From Macrostomum lignano (Eukaryota), in assembly GCA_002269645.1 (NCBI GenBank), contig NIVC01000031.1, positions 1,240,001 to 1,304,000 of the forward strand: 64,000 nt of DNA, in the 5' to 3' direction. A program made the translations under genes and the position numbers. The notes below the pieces were generated by a model. That model made no database searches and had not been told where the DNA came from. It saw nothing but the letters and a program-made list of their open reading frames with translations. Positions 12,001 to 24,847 of the stretch are shown here, one piece after another (position 1 is the stretch's first letter; each line of letters opens with the position of its first letter).

Positions 12001-12378
12001 CTGAACCATCCATAGTCCATCAATCCATCCGAACCATCCATCAGTCCATCAATCCATCTGAACCATCCATAGTCCATCAATCCATCTGAACCATCCATAG
12101 TCCATCAATCCATCCGAACCATCCATCAGTCCATCAATCCATCTGAACCATCCATAGTCCATCAATCCATCCGAACCATCCATCAGTCCATCAATCCATC
12201 TGAACCATCCATCAGTCCATCAATCCATCTGAACCATCCATAGTCCATCAATCCATCTGAACCATCCATCAGTCCATCAATCCATCTGAACCATCCATCA
12301 GTCCATCCGAACCATCTGTCACTTTCAGTCCTTGATAGATTCGTCAAAATTGGCTCACCTTCTCGATGCGTCGGCCAT
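9075..12378 (-). CDS. Membrane protein with three tandem LRAT/NC (permuted NlpC/P60) domains and 3-4 C-terminal hydrophobic helices; exons 12378-12359 and 10986-9075
   Basis: H-box-like segments PGTAIAF..QHALVLG, TGCHIEF..YSHHAYL and PFSHLIV..RHYVF. NC-like motifs WNNSRHFVRWC, DSDFCFWFMTG and YNLLCDNCEHFVNQLKYGEKSSKQV. A 20-nt first exon (ATGGCCGACGCATCGAGAAG|gtgagc, phase 2) fits the phase-2 acceptor at 10986. Confidence 0.85.
11289..12315. repeat. 28/29-bp CCAT-rich minisatellite (GAACCATCCAT(C)AGTCCATCAATCCATCT), intronic
   Basis: Directly visible; alternating 28- and 29-bp variants fill most of intron 10987-12358. Confidence 0.96.
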
Positions 12379-14616
12379 TAGTATTGTGTAGCCAATGAAC
12401 TCCTTCACTGGTGTTTACTTCAACCACGAAAAGTACGTTTTTTATCGCTTTTTTTTACTGGCGTCGGTTCGCTGTTTTGTAGTTTTTCGTGACTCGTATC
12501 TCCTTGCAGACGAATTTAGGTCAAGTCTTTTTATTCAAGGCAGACAAGAATATTATTTTATTATCTAAAGTTACAATAGATAAAATTCGTTGTGTTTAAA
12601 AAACAAGTTAGAACAGCTAGATTAGCAACTTTTAGCGCCAGAATAGCTATACCTCGTACATGTGTGAGCCATAGCGTCAACATTTTCGAATGCAGCTCTT
12701 CTTTTTGATAATAAATCTTGTGCAAATCGGTGAGATAGTTAAGTTACTTCTAACAGCGAGCGAGACAAAGAGAGTAGTCAACTGCGCCACACCAAAGCTT
12801 TAAGAATTTTTATGCTACATAAAAATCTGGTGGAATGTCTTTTGGCTATAGGCGATAGGACAAGGTTTCGACTCGTCATATTCTGATTTAAAATATCAGT
12901 AGATTTATTTGATTTTAAGTTGAGGATAATAAGTAAAAAATTATAATTCTTATTGCAACGTCAAGCCAGCTAAAAATGTCGCAGAATTTCGCGTTGGAGT
13001 TTTTTCTCATCGTACGTCATCCTCGTCAGCAAAAAAATTCGTTTATCCGATACGCTCGTATCTGTTGCAGTTGAGTGCATTGGCTATTTGAAGCCAAGAC
13101 CATATATACACACACAGAATATAGAGTATATACACAATATGGGCTACTCCTTAACCACTTATGTGGCCATAGAAGCCAATATGAATTTTTTTGCAACTCA
13201 CGACACAGGGAAAAGCAACTACTGAACACAATTTTGTTAGTAGTCTCTGTGGTGCACGAATCATTCTTAGTTTTGATTGAATAGCTTAATTTTATTTAAT
13301 TCATGAGAAGTTCTATCAGACTCCCAAAAAATTGCGTCTGTGTCCCTAAGCTACTGAACTCAAAATTTAAACAACCCATGTCGGTTTTTTTCGCTCAAGC
13401 GGCAAAAAACAGCCGTCGCACATTCCATATTGCCGCATTCTAGGAAATATAAGATCTATGTTTGGAAGCTTCGAACTCACGGTTTCTCACGATAACTTTA
13501 AGAAAATTCTCTTCGCACAGTTTCGTTTTATGTAGTTTTTTTAATCTAACAGTTTAACAATATTTTTGCGGGCGTCACGCAAAAAATGGAGCTAATTGAT
13601 GAATTATCTTGAATTTTTGATAAATTTAGCTCAAGCTTGCCGTCCGTCATACATGGCGTTCGATTGGCACTCTACAGAGAGCAGTATATGTAAACGTGTG
13701 GGAGCGGTACCTATATTTCTAGGAATGTCTATTTTCAAATTAGCGCGAAATATAGTATTTTTCATAGAGTGCAAATACTTTTGATTTATAAATCTTTGTT
13801 AAAATATACACGATCTGTCTACGTAGTATAAATAGTGCTTTATAACAATAATTTTATAACTATAACAATGAGGTACATTATTGCACGCTGATTGCCAGTT
13901 GTCTATGGCAAAAATCCTCATTATCTTGTCTCACTAGAAGTCCGAAACCCGATTTCAAGAGAGCTGGTTCGTTCAGCTTGTTTCTGCTAATTTTTACGAA
14001 TTTCAATCAATCTGAATAAATACGAGAGAAAAGTCAGTGGCATCTTTATCCAGCATTTCAAAACCAACAAATTTTAATTACGATCGTTATCGCTACGATT
14101 TTTGCAATATTTTAATTTATAATGTCACCAGCCACTCAAAATAAAGATTTCAAACTTCAAGCAATTTTAGAAGTTCAAGTCTTGAAAGCAGAATTTATTG
14201 CCATCCGCGAAAAGCAAATTAAGTATTTGCTTACTATATTATTACTTAAATAATAGTATTCCTGTACACGAAGATACAGTAATTCCAAATTACAATCATA
14301 GGAAAAAAATTTTACTTTTCGAATTCAAAGCGTCGGGTGAAATTTTATTGCGAAGCATCATTAGTACTTAATCGCATTTTTTAAAATCGACATTGGTTTA
14401 TACTCGATCAATTACAATAGGTTGATTAGCTATACAAATGTAAGAGGGATGTGTTTTACGATATGCAATGTTCTCTCTCGGACTATAGTAACTTCTTGAA
14501 GTTTTAACTTCATACAAATCCGAATGAATTAAACAAAATTAACTGGCTAAAATGGCGCCAGGCGAATTCGTTACTCAGAAAAAGTTGTGAAAAGTCACAG
14601 CTTGTCAGTTTGCTGC

Positions 14617-17600
14617 TCACGGGCGATCATAGCAGTCGCACATGCAGGTGGAGATCTCTTCAATCCAGCAATTATCCTCTGAAAACGAAACGGATGCAAT
14701 TCTGCTAAAAATCTGCTGGCTTTGATCGTGAAATCTAACTCCACAGGATCAGAAGCTGAGTAACTCACGATACGGCATGCCGTGCAGGCCCTCCAGGGTG
14801 CTGGGCAGCGAATCAAATGACGTCATACCGGAGGCGGCGAGCCCGATGAAGTTGAGAACCTGTGAGTTTGGAAAGTGGTTGCGGTGAAAGCACTGTCCAT
14901 TGGCATCAGAACTTGTCTGAAGTGAAACTCAAACCCAACTACACAAAGATTCGCATTGCTTACCTCTCCAACGGAGGTCTTCGCAGTCAGCTTCATCACG
15001 GAGCCACCAGATGCCGCAGCAAGGTAGTCGTACTCTCCCTTGTACACTCTGGGACCGCAAAACTGGCCGGTGCCGATCACGTAGAGTTTGATTTTCTTAG
15101 AAACCAGCAGAGCTGCGACATCGGCACTCATGTTTGCGTCTTTTGCGGCAGCGTCGGTGAATAGGATGAGCACGGAGTTTTCGAGTGCCTCCTTGGCTGC
15201 GTCCTCAATGGCTGACATGGCGTACTCGGGACAGTCGCCTCCGCCCGAAGGCCCGATCGCGTTCACGAAGCTCTGGATTGCGGACGCGTCGCTCGACCGG
15301 ATCACATTCTTCACGTAGGGATCGCCGTACCGGGATACCACGTAGTCCTTGAACACCGTGTTGTTCGCCATGATGGCGCTGATGTGAGTCCGCACGGCGA
15401 AGATCTCGGCACCCATTGAGCCGGTGTCGTCAATGATGAACCCCAGAGAGCCGACCCGCTTCCTGGGGCAGCCGTTGGGCGAGCCGCACACTTTGTTGCG
15501 CATCGTCACTCGCTTGTAGCCGAGCGGGCAGGGCGCTGAAGTGTCGAAGCGTCGATAATTAGCGCCAATCAAAAGTAAGGTATTTTCAACCTAATAAGTA
15601 AAGAAACTTACGTTCAATTGGCTTGCATTTGTGATGGATGACCCATTTGCAGCAGCCTGAAATATGATAAGAAGCAAATTTTCTATTATACAAAATTTAA
15701 AATTATAATCTTAGCAAAGTTCGACTCTGAAAAGAGAAAAACTCAACAAACTTACGTTCTGGCTTCATCTTTCGCATGTCGTCCAAGCAGCGAGGGAACG
15801 AACGCAGTGAGTACTTGCCGGCAGCAGCCAGGGCGAGGAAGTCAAGAATCTGCCAAAAAATGATTTGATTGCTTTGTTTTTGTTTAAAGCTTAACTGGAA
15901 TAAAATGACTCCAAGCAGATATTGCATTAATAGTGAGCTCAAAAGTAAATTTACCTCGCTAACTGATGACTTTGCTGTCAGCGTCATGACGTCCCCACCA
16001 GAGGCAGCTGCGAGGTCGTCGAATTCTCCCTTGTACACGCCGGAGCCGCAGAAGGTGCCAGTGGCGATGACAAACAGCTTCGTGTTCTTCGCCAACAACA
16101 GCGCCTTGACAGCGGCCAGCTTGCTCGCATCTTTTGCTGCAGCATCGGTGAACAAGACTAGCACAGAGTTCTTGCGGGCCTTCTTGGCCGCGTCCTCGAT
16201 ACCCGACATGGCGAACTCGGGACAGTCTCCGCCTGCAGATGGCGAGATCGAGTTCACAAAGGACTGGATGACCGACTCGTCGCTGGATCGAATCACATTC
16301 TTCTTGTAGGGATCGCCGAATGTAGCCACCACGTAGTCCTTAAACACGGTGTTGTTGGCCATGATGTTGGCGATATGAGCGCGCACCGCGAAAATCTCAG
16401 CCGCCATTGAGCCCGTGTTGTCGATGACGAAACCTAGGGAGCCGTACTTGTGCTTCTTGCACGGACCGGGCACGCACACCTTCTTCTTCACCACAATATG
16501 TTCGAAGCCCTCCGGGCACGGACAGCTCTTTGTCGGGGCTCGATGCAGACGAGGTTCTCAATGCTGGTCTTGCAGGAGCAGTCTGAAATATTTTGGAAAA
16601 TCATTTTTTATGCTTATGCTTGTAATTGACATTTGTATAACCTCAAATCAGAAGTGGCAACTCACTTCCATCGGCGATGGCTTTCAGATCTTCCAGAGTC
16701 GTCGGCATGCCGCGGATGAACCGAATGCCGTACTTGGCAAAGTTCTTGATGTAGTTCATAACGAAGTCGACATCGGACTTGTCGGGCGTCCTGTAGATTG
16801 TTCCGTTGGTGGCGGTGGTCAGTCTAGAGAACTCGGCACCCATGCCGCAAAGATTTCCGGTCGCCATAACGTTAAGCCGGATGTTCTTGGACTCCAGCAG
16901 AGCCTTGACATCCGGCTCGAGAGCCAGATCCTTGGAGCTCGCGTCGGTGAACAGAAAGATGACGGAGCCGGGACTGAGACGGTCGGCCACATCCCGGATG
17001 CCGTGCATTGCCATCTCAGGACAGTCGCCTCCAGCATTGGCGTTGATTGTGCTCACAAAGCTGTTGATGGCGGAAGCGTCCGTCGATTCGAACACGTTGG
17101 CCACGTAGGGATCGTTGTAGGTGCCAATCACGTACTTGTCGAAGATTCCGGATGTGGCAGCTGGAATGACAATGTTTGACAATAATCACCTACTCTTGTA
17201 ATACGCTCGTACATTGGTGCATTTAGCAACTTCGACTCGGTAATCGGAAGATCACTGTCTGTAAAACTTACTGACAACAGCCTGAATGCTGGACTTCACC
17301 GACGCGATCTCCGTCCTCATGCTGCCAGTGTTGTCCACAACGAAGCCGAGAGAGACGTTAAAGTACTCGCGGTCTCCGGGATCCACAATCTCGATTGTCC
17401 GGTTGAGGCCTGTGCAGCTGCATGACAGCCGCTTATCGTAGGTGCAGTTCTTGGATGGACAGCTGTCGCAAACGGGATCTGAGCGAATTACGGAAGGGAT
17501 CGTTGTCGGTCAGTAACAGATTAAATCAGTCTTGAAGTATTGACTGAGCAGACAACAACAGAAACTTACCAAGCTGAGCAGCGACTTGCAGCACGAGGGC

Positions 17601-17636
17601 AGAGCCCACGATGAGAATCAGAGCGGACGCCTTCAT
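14617..17636 (-). CDS. Secreted protein with three hemicentin/VWA7-type von Willebrand A domains and Cys-rich linkers; 9 exons (17636-17570, 17478-17272, 17160-16666, about 16582-15955, 15849-15756, 15656-15612, 15535-14964, 14859-14769, 14678-14617); 1-nt frameshift near 16536
   Basis: Signal peptide MKASALILIVGSALVLQVAA. Three copies of LGF(V/I)(V/I)D(N/D)TGSM...GGDCPE.AM..I...L(F)TDA..KD. All introns are GT-AG and phase-consistent. Adding one C in the C4 run (plus-strand 16535-16538) restores EPPTKSCPCPEGFEHIVVKK. Confidence 0.88.
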
Positions 17637-19459
17637 GGAGGCTTTGTTGCTTGAAGATTTTCTTGCTTAAGGGTTTTCTTTTGAGTTGTCTCGATTCGAT
17701 TTCTCTCGGAGCCTTTGCCTCTGTGGGCTCCGCGATTGCCGCTTATATAGACATTTTGCGAGGCCATCTGAGTGTGTATTTTTGTTTTTTTCAATCCAGC
17801 TTGTTATCATCAACATAGGCGCAGTAATCTGCCCAACCATGCACCCTTGGATTTGTTTTCGTATTTTCAGGCTCACATCGAAATAATGAGGGGGCGTTGT
17901 GAGACCGCGTATGCAGACGCAATTGTTTATGAGGCTTGAAAAAAACAGCGGGACGATGTTTTTGCGAGAAATTTCTATTGGATGGTAATAACAATAGCGG
18001 TGGCTGTTCTCTCCTTAGCAGTAGAGAACTGTCACATATTTTCGTCTCCTAAACTGCTTGTGCTTTGTTAGTGTGGCCTCTATCTGACTATCTACGAGTC
18101 GTATCTATATAATCTTTCGATATCTTTCTGTGGATAAAGCCCACTAACTTATTTTCCCGAAATGGGTCGTTAGTCTTAGACTCACAGTTAGGAGCAGACG
18201 AACAGGGAGTCTCCTGTCTAGTGCGGTTTTATTGAGCAGCTAAGTATGGCTCTAAGGATGGCTCTACATCTCAAAGAAGGCAGTGCAACCGTCGGAGTAA
18301 ATTTATCAATTGCAGAGCCTTGTCCCCGGTGCTCAGCGACTCGAGACAGCGTGGTCTGTGATCAGCTATTTCAATCTGACCATGACAATGGCGGCATCGA
18401 TGACAGTGCTCATTCAATAACAATTGCCTTCTTGACACCTTCTGATCCTAGAGTCTGTTCCGCAGTGTTCAGCTGCCTGTGCCCAGGAAATTGAAGTAGG
18501 AGCGGATTGTGCTCAGGAACCTTCGGCTATCACCAATGATGAGTCTCTCGATCCCTATTGTGAGCAGACTCCCAAGGGAACCCAAGAAGGACTGGAAGCG
18601 TTCGGCCATTGAAAAGTCGACGATCGCGATCGGAGAACAGTTTAAGACTCGTTCAGCAACGCAGGACTTCTGAGAATCAAATCAAGATGCTACGTGATCC
18701 TGACGTACGCAAATATAGGTCTACTTTAAACTTTCTGATTTATTTCGTCGAAAAGTAAAGTTTAATTTTAACGACTATTTTACTTTATACATCTGATACA
18801 ACGTATATCTGTATAATACTTTACCATAACTCACTGTCAGTAGTGTAGGTAATAAGTAATACCAGCTTTGTTATTGATCGGTTGGGAACGGAATGGCTAC
18901 GTTGAAGATGATTGAGCCTCGCTGCGTTTTAATTGAAAATTATTTCAAACTCATCAGTTAATTTAGTCTACATTACAACCTCAACTAAAGGTTCCATTAG
19001 AGCCTCTACTTTGCAGTGGGAGCATTTTAATTCAATATTCAAATACCTTCAGACGTCCATACTGTTTCTGAGATACTGCTGATGTATTTTAAAGTTAAGA
19101 TGTACATGTACATGTGGATACGAGAGGCCATGTTGCTCCGGTCTGACTTCAGCACTGTATAACCAATAATTGACGCTTATCTTAAAAAATTACGGTACTG
19201 GAGTGCCAATTAGTATGGGCATTTAACTCGTATTTTGACCGAAATTTCGTGACCAAATCTGTTTTGCTCTATCCTTGACTTTCGATGCAGCAATGTAATG
19301 ATAGACTGTTTAAAGGGTAGCTAGCTGAGTTAAATCTAGCGAACATGCATGCACCAGCGCGCGGTACCACCCGACAAGCTGACGGAGTCCGAAAATCTAC
19401 TTGACTACATGTACATCATCAACTTCAAATATAGAATTGCTCTCAATTATTTTCTGTAG

Positions 19460-21062
19460 CTCCGTAGCTCAGTAGTTTGATGCAGAGTAGCTCAGTGGTT
19501 GGGTGCAGAGTAGCTCAGTGGTTGGGGGCAGAGTAGCTCAGTGGTTGGGTGCAGAGTAGCTCAGTGGTTGGGTGCAGAGTAGCTCAGTGGTTGGGTGCAG
19601 AGTAGCTCAGTGGTTGGGTGCAGAGTAGCTCAGTGGTTGGGTTCCGGCCACGACGTGGTACAGTCACGCAAATTCTGGCGCTCCGGAGAATTATCGAGGA
19701 ATCGCGCATTCGCCAGTCGGACCTTTTCTGTCTGTTCATCGACTTCCTGAAGGCTTTCGACTCGGTGGCTCGAGGCGTGATTCCACTAGTTCTCCGAGCC
19801 TACAACGTGCCAGAGAAACTGATTGCAGCAGTGATGGCGCTCTACCACGACACGCACGCTGCTGTGATCACACCTGACGGCCTTTCCGACTTCTTCACCA
19901 CCTCATCCGGAGTCCTGCAAGGAGACACCCTCGCTCCCTTCCTGTTCATCCTCATCTTGGACTGGGTGCTGCGGACAGGACTACCGGACAACTCGGACGG
20001 CTACATCCTATGCAGGCGAACGAGCAGCCGGCACCCGGAGAAGCGGCTGGCAGTCCTCGGATATGCTGATGACCTCGCCCTGCTGGCATCCACTGCTGCT
20101 GGTGCTCAACGCCTCCTCGACGGCCTAGTTGCTGCCGCTGCGAAGGTTGGCCTTAAGATCAACGCCAAGAAGACGGAGGTCCTGACTGTGCCAGCCGATC
20201 TGCCAGCGGTCATCCGCCTTCCCAGCATGGACAGCGCAACGGCAGCACCGCTCCCCCGATGTGAGCAGTTCCGGTACCTTGGTGGTCTCGTGCCCAGCGT
20301 CCAGGAGGACCTGCGGCGTCGCAGAGGGCTTGCGTGGGCGGCTTTCCGCTCAGTGCGCATCGTGCTCCAAAGCGACGCCCTGCCAGACCAGCTGAGAACC
20401 AGACTGTTCCAGGCGGTGGTGGAAACGGTGCTCTTCTACAACGCCGAGACCTGGACCATGACGGATGTGCTGGAGCGCCAGCTGGACGCGGCGCACTCCA
20501 GCCTGCTGCGCGCTGCCTTCAGCGTGCACCGTCACGCCGAACACGTCACCAACCAGGCTCTCTACCAGCGGGCCAAGCTGAGCCCTCCCAGCGTGACCCT
20601 GCGACAGCGCCGCCTAAAGCTGGCGGGCCACGTCATTCGCGCCGAGTCCTACTGCCCGGAGCCGCTGCAGGAGGTCTTGCTGTACACGCAGCAGGGCCCG
20701 TTCCGGCGGGGGCAGGCGCGGACCCGGAGGTTCGTCGACTGTCTGACAGAAGACGCCAGGGCGCCTGATCAGATCAATGGCGCTACCTTCATCAGAGACT
20801 GCGCAGCTAAGCGTGCTTTTTGACAATGTCCCCCCCTTTCCTGACCACTTGTGGCCGGTGGCCATTGTATTTATTGTATTGTATTCAGTGGTTGGGTGCA
20901 GAGTAGCTCAGTGGTTGGGGGCAGAGTAGCTCAGTGGTTGGGTGCAGAGTAGCTCAGTGGTTGGGGGCAGAGTAGCTCAGTGGTTGGGGGCAGAGTAGCT
21001 CAGTGGTTGGGGGCAGAGTAGCTCAGTGGTTGGGTGCAGAGTAGCTCAGTGGTTGGGTGCAG
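19460..21062. repeat. 23-bp minisatellite (GCAGAGTAGCTCAGTGGTTGGG[T/G]) split into two arrays by a LINE insertion
   Basis: The same unit occurs at 19460-19642 and 20885-21062. Confidence 0.95.
19643..20884 (+). mobile_element. 5'-truncated non-LTR retrotransposon (RTE-like): reverse transcriptase C-terminal part, short 3' UTR and (ATTGT)n tail
   Basis: RT motifs GFRP, FIDFLKAFDSV, GVLQGDTLAPFLF, YADD and FRYLG, open to the stop at 20823. The tail reads ATTGTATTTATTGTATTGTAT. TCAGTGGTTGGGT is duplicated out of array phase at both ends. Confidence 0.93.
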
Positions 21063-21469
21063 AAAGCTTTACTTTCAATATGTACAAGCTGTAAAAACAT
21101 TAACTAGATACTTATATGCATACGAGTTTTTTTACTTATTGAAGTCGGCCATAGATATTTGCAGCGGGCGGGATACCGTGCGTTTCACCCAGTTTCAGCA
21201 CGCCTAGTCTAACTATAATAGGCTAAGCTTGTTGACTCGTGTTCCCTAGTTCAATAAATTCATTCTCAGACTTATAAGTGTTACTTTATTTGCATTAAAG
21301 AGATTCCAAGGGAAATCATGTCCGAGGAAATCTGCTAAAGAGAGGGATTGAGGAACTTATGCAAAGCCATAGTAAGAGTAGCGCCAAGTATACTAAACTA
21401 TTAAACATCAAGTATAATAAGCTACAGAGTCGACAGAAAGTGATAGCCCGTACTATAAGTACACACAAG

Positions 21470-21980
21470 CCTCACACAACAATCATGGGCCCAGTGGGTC
21501 CGAATTGCAACTCATCCCAGCCGTACACTGCCAGACAGACGGAGCTCAGTGCCAGTGAGGCCGCGACAGCGACACGACCTGGAAGCGAAACGGCATGGCC
21601 AGGCACAGAGCTCGGTCCAGCACCATCGACAGAAAGATGCACATCGACTGCAGGCTGAGCCACTTCTGAGCAAAACGATGCACAGTGCAAACTGCAGAAG
21701 AGTAGTTTGACACGATGAAGCCCAGTCGACCGCCGCTCACCCACGGCAGCCCTCGAGTGAGAAGCAGGTCAAGGCAGCCAGATACCAGCAGGGAGGCGTT
21801 GTCAGCAATCGCCATGGCGCCCAGGTAAACGTTGAGTTGGGAGCGCTCCGCACCGCGACCCAGCGTGATCCAGGCCGTGGTGCAGTTGCCAGAGTCCCGA
21901 CACGATCACCAGAGGCAGCAGCAGGCTGGTTACGATGCCGTAGGCTGTGCTGATGGGGCAGAAGATGCGTCGATTTGGTG
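21470..21980 (-). pseudogene. Decayed class A (rhodopsin-like, peptide-receptor type) GPCR fragment, about TM1-TM4
   Basis: TM1 is split across frames (YGIVTSLLLPLVIV / GNCTTAWITL). TM2 reads NVYLGAMAIADNASLL and TM3 AVCTVHRF...MVLDRALC (DRY-like DRA). TM4 is in a third frame and followed by a stop. Confidence 0.7.
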
Positions 21981-22602
21981 CATTCGGCAGGCAGTCGACA
22001 AAGACTCTTTCGAGAGTAGCGAAGAATCTTGTCTCTACTTTGGATGAGTTTTAAATGATTAATGAAGGGCAGTTAAGATTATTTTCCACTCTACATGGTG
22101 ATAAGTGTTGATAATTCAACAAGTGCTATCCCTTCAAGAAAATTATGAAAATTGCTTTTTGAGTATTTAATTGAGTAACTTTTTTAACCTGAAGATATGT
22201 ACCGAAGCCCGTTTTCTGATCTAATAGCGCGAATTTTTGAAAATCGGTTGAGGCGTTTGTAACTTCGTTTCTAGTACATATATTGGTTTACTGTAGATTA
22301 GAATTTTAAAAAATTTACGTAGTACATGATTTACATAGTATATATCATTTAAATGATAGCCGGACATGGAATGATTGTTAATTGCCTCTGTTCTACAGGT
22401 TTTTCCTCTCCCACTTGACTGACTTGTATCGCGTCCGTGACTACGCAAAACTATAATTCACTCTTTTTAATACAACTGCGGTGCTTGACTCCAAGGGCTT
22501 AGTAAGAATTAGTCTGATAAAAATTAGATTGAGATGCACTGTAGAGTGTGCTAAGAAAAGTTTATTCTAAAAAATCATCATTCATCAATAGAGATTTGCA
22601 CT

Positions 22603-22939
<337 letters not shown>

Positions 22940-22941
22940 GC

Positions 22942-24847
22942 TCAGCACTGATCTGTAAACGGAGCCAACAGTCGCAGAGCAGCTCGACCCCGCTGCTCGC
23001 TGTCCAAATTTTCCCCCGAGACGGTGGTGCAGTCGCTGCCGCCACAGAACGAGCCGCCGCCACCTCCAGCGTGGTTTTTACCGTCACCAGCGCCGCCTCC
23101 GCTGAAGCCGCCGCCGCCGCCTCCGGTGCCCGTTGACACTCCCCCGCCGCCGCCGCCGAAGCCGCCATGGCCAGTGCTGCTGACTCCGGCCCTGCCACCA
23201 GCCCAGCCATGGGCCCGGCCGCTGCCTCTCTGACCCTGCTTGGAGCTGCTGCTGTCCATTGCGGCCCTGCCCAGCCAACCGGCTCCACAGCCGCCTGAGT
23301 TACTCTCCGGAGAGCTCGGATCGTTTCGGCCAGGCTGACCATCGACTCCGCCGAAGCCTAAACGGATGCTCCAACCGCCGATTGAGTTGCTTCCGTTGTT
23401 GCCGCTTTCACCTGGTCCAGCTAGAGGTGGGGCAAGGAAAGAACTCATAAACCATGGTGGCTCGTATGTACATTGTTGCGCACAAATAATAAATATAATA
23501 ATATAGATGATTAACACCTGCCCCAATGGGTCTGATTCGCAACCGACAGCTCAGCCGCAGCTATTGCGCGGCGCATCTGAAGGCTGCGTACGGCTGTTCA
23601 GTCCAAGGACTGGGGGGTCGCCACACACACCCTCAATTACCCCAGCTAATGCTGGCACCCATTTTACAGCTGGGTGAACTGCAGCAATGCAGAGTTAAGT
23701 GTCTATCTCATGGACAAAAATTGTTCCGAGTGGGGTCATAAATCGAACCCCCGACCTTCCAGTCGTGAGTCCGACGCTCTAGCCACTAGGCTGCAACCCT
23801 AGGGGGTTGTCGCAAGGGACTTCAGTAAAACAAAATAATAAATCTTGTCATTTTATGAGATTTTTTAACTCGAGACACCTGTAATATCTAAAAAATACCG
23901 GTTACGAAATACAAACACAAACGTACATTTTTTAATACATTCGGGTTTTCAAAGATTTTCTAAGAAACAAGACATCAAGGACTACTAGAAGAGGCGTTGT
24001 TTCGTCATTCTACCTAGTCGTCCTAAGGAAATGAATTCAAGGAAAATCTACAGCTTTAAAAAGGTCTCACCGCTACTAAAGTATGACGCTCCGCCTCCGC
24101 CACCAGCCGCCATCAGCAGCTGCTGAGGTGCTGGCGGTCCAGTTGAGTACACGAAGCTGCCTCCGCCGCCGCCGGCTCCAGAATCTTCAGAGTTGGCTGA
24201 TCCGCCCGCCTGTCCGACCACGATGGCCAGCCGGGTTCCTGCTGTCAGGTTGAAGCTGCCAGCTGCGAAGGCTCCAACTCCACCGATGTAGTTTTTGAAG
24301 GCGTTGTCGCCGCCTTTGGCTCCGGCCACCTCGATGCGGTAGCAGCCGGTTACTTGGATCACAGCATACTGTATCTCGCCAGTCCTTCCTGTGCCGCTTT
24401 CTGAAGCAGAATCATATATCTTAAATTACAAGAAGACACTACACAGCATAGTATAAGCAATAGAATAAATACATGTATGGTCCTCGAACTCACCATTAAA
24501 CAGCTGATTCAGTCTAGAAGAATGAAAAGCTCTTGACTTAATAATGTCTAGCAAGTTTTCTGCTTTCCAAATTAGCGATCCAACACCGGACCCGATCTGT
24601 CTTGTCACGTGACTTCCTAGTGGTCCTGGAATCCGAGAAGCGTCGTTCACAATCACAATCTGGCAGTTTTGGCTGCTAGTCTCCATGACAACGGCAAGCG
24701 CGCAGCCCCGTAGTCGGCACATCATCAGACAGTTGGGAATTGGAGCGTTTGAGAAACTGGCATTGATGACGTCACTGCTGACTGTGACGGCAAGTGAAAT
24801 AGCGGAACCATTGTGCTGCACGTACTTTGTGGGACCGCAATGATTAG
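22942..24847 (-). CDS. PAN/apple-like + ALK/LTK-type glycine-rich domain protein, paralog 2 (first exon not located); exons 24847-24494, 24400-24071, 23420-22942
   Basis: Same motifs and same intron positions and phases as paralog 1 ([18 protein letters not shown]..., [21 protein letters not shown]). The frame is open through all three exons. Confidence 0.85.
23487..23799 (-). mobile_element. tRNA-derived CORE-type SINE, near full-length copy 1 (intronic)
   Basis: On the minus strand: tRNA-like head GGGTTGCAGCCTAGTGGCTAGAGCGTCGGACTCACGA...GGTTCGATT, then the core block CAGTTCACCCAGCTGTAAAATGGGTG, a GC-rich 3' part and a TTA-rich tail. Matches four other copies in the window. Confidence 0.88.

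Noticed and set aside
18000-18720. Possible solo LTR on the minus strand (AATAAA followed by a U5-like stretch)
   Set aside because: No second copy, TG...CA ends, PBS or target-site duplication could be identified in the window.
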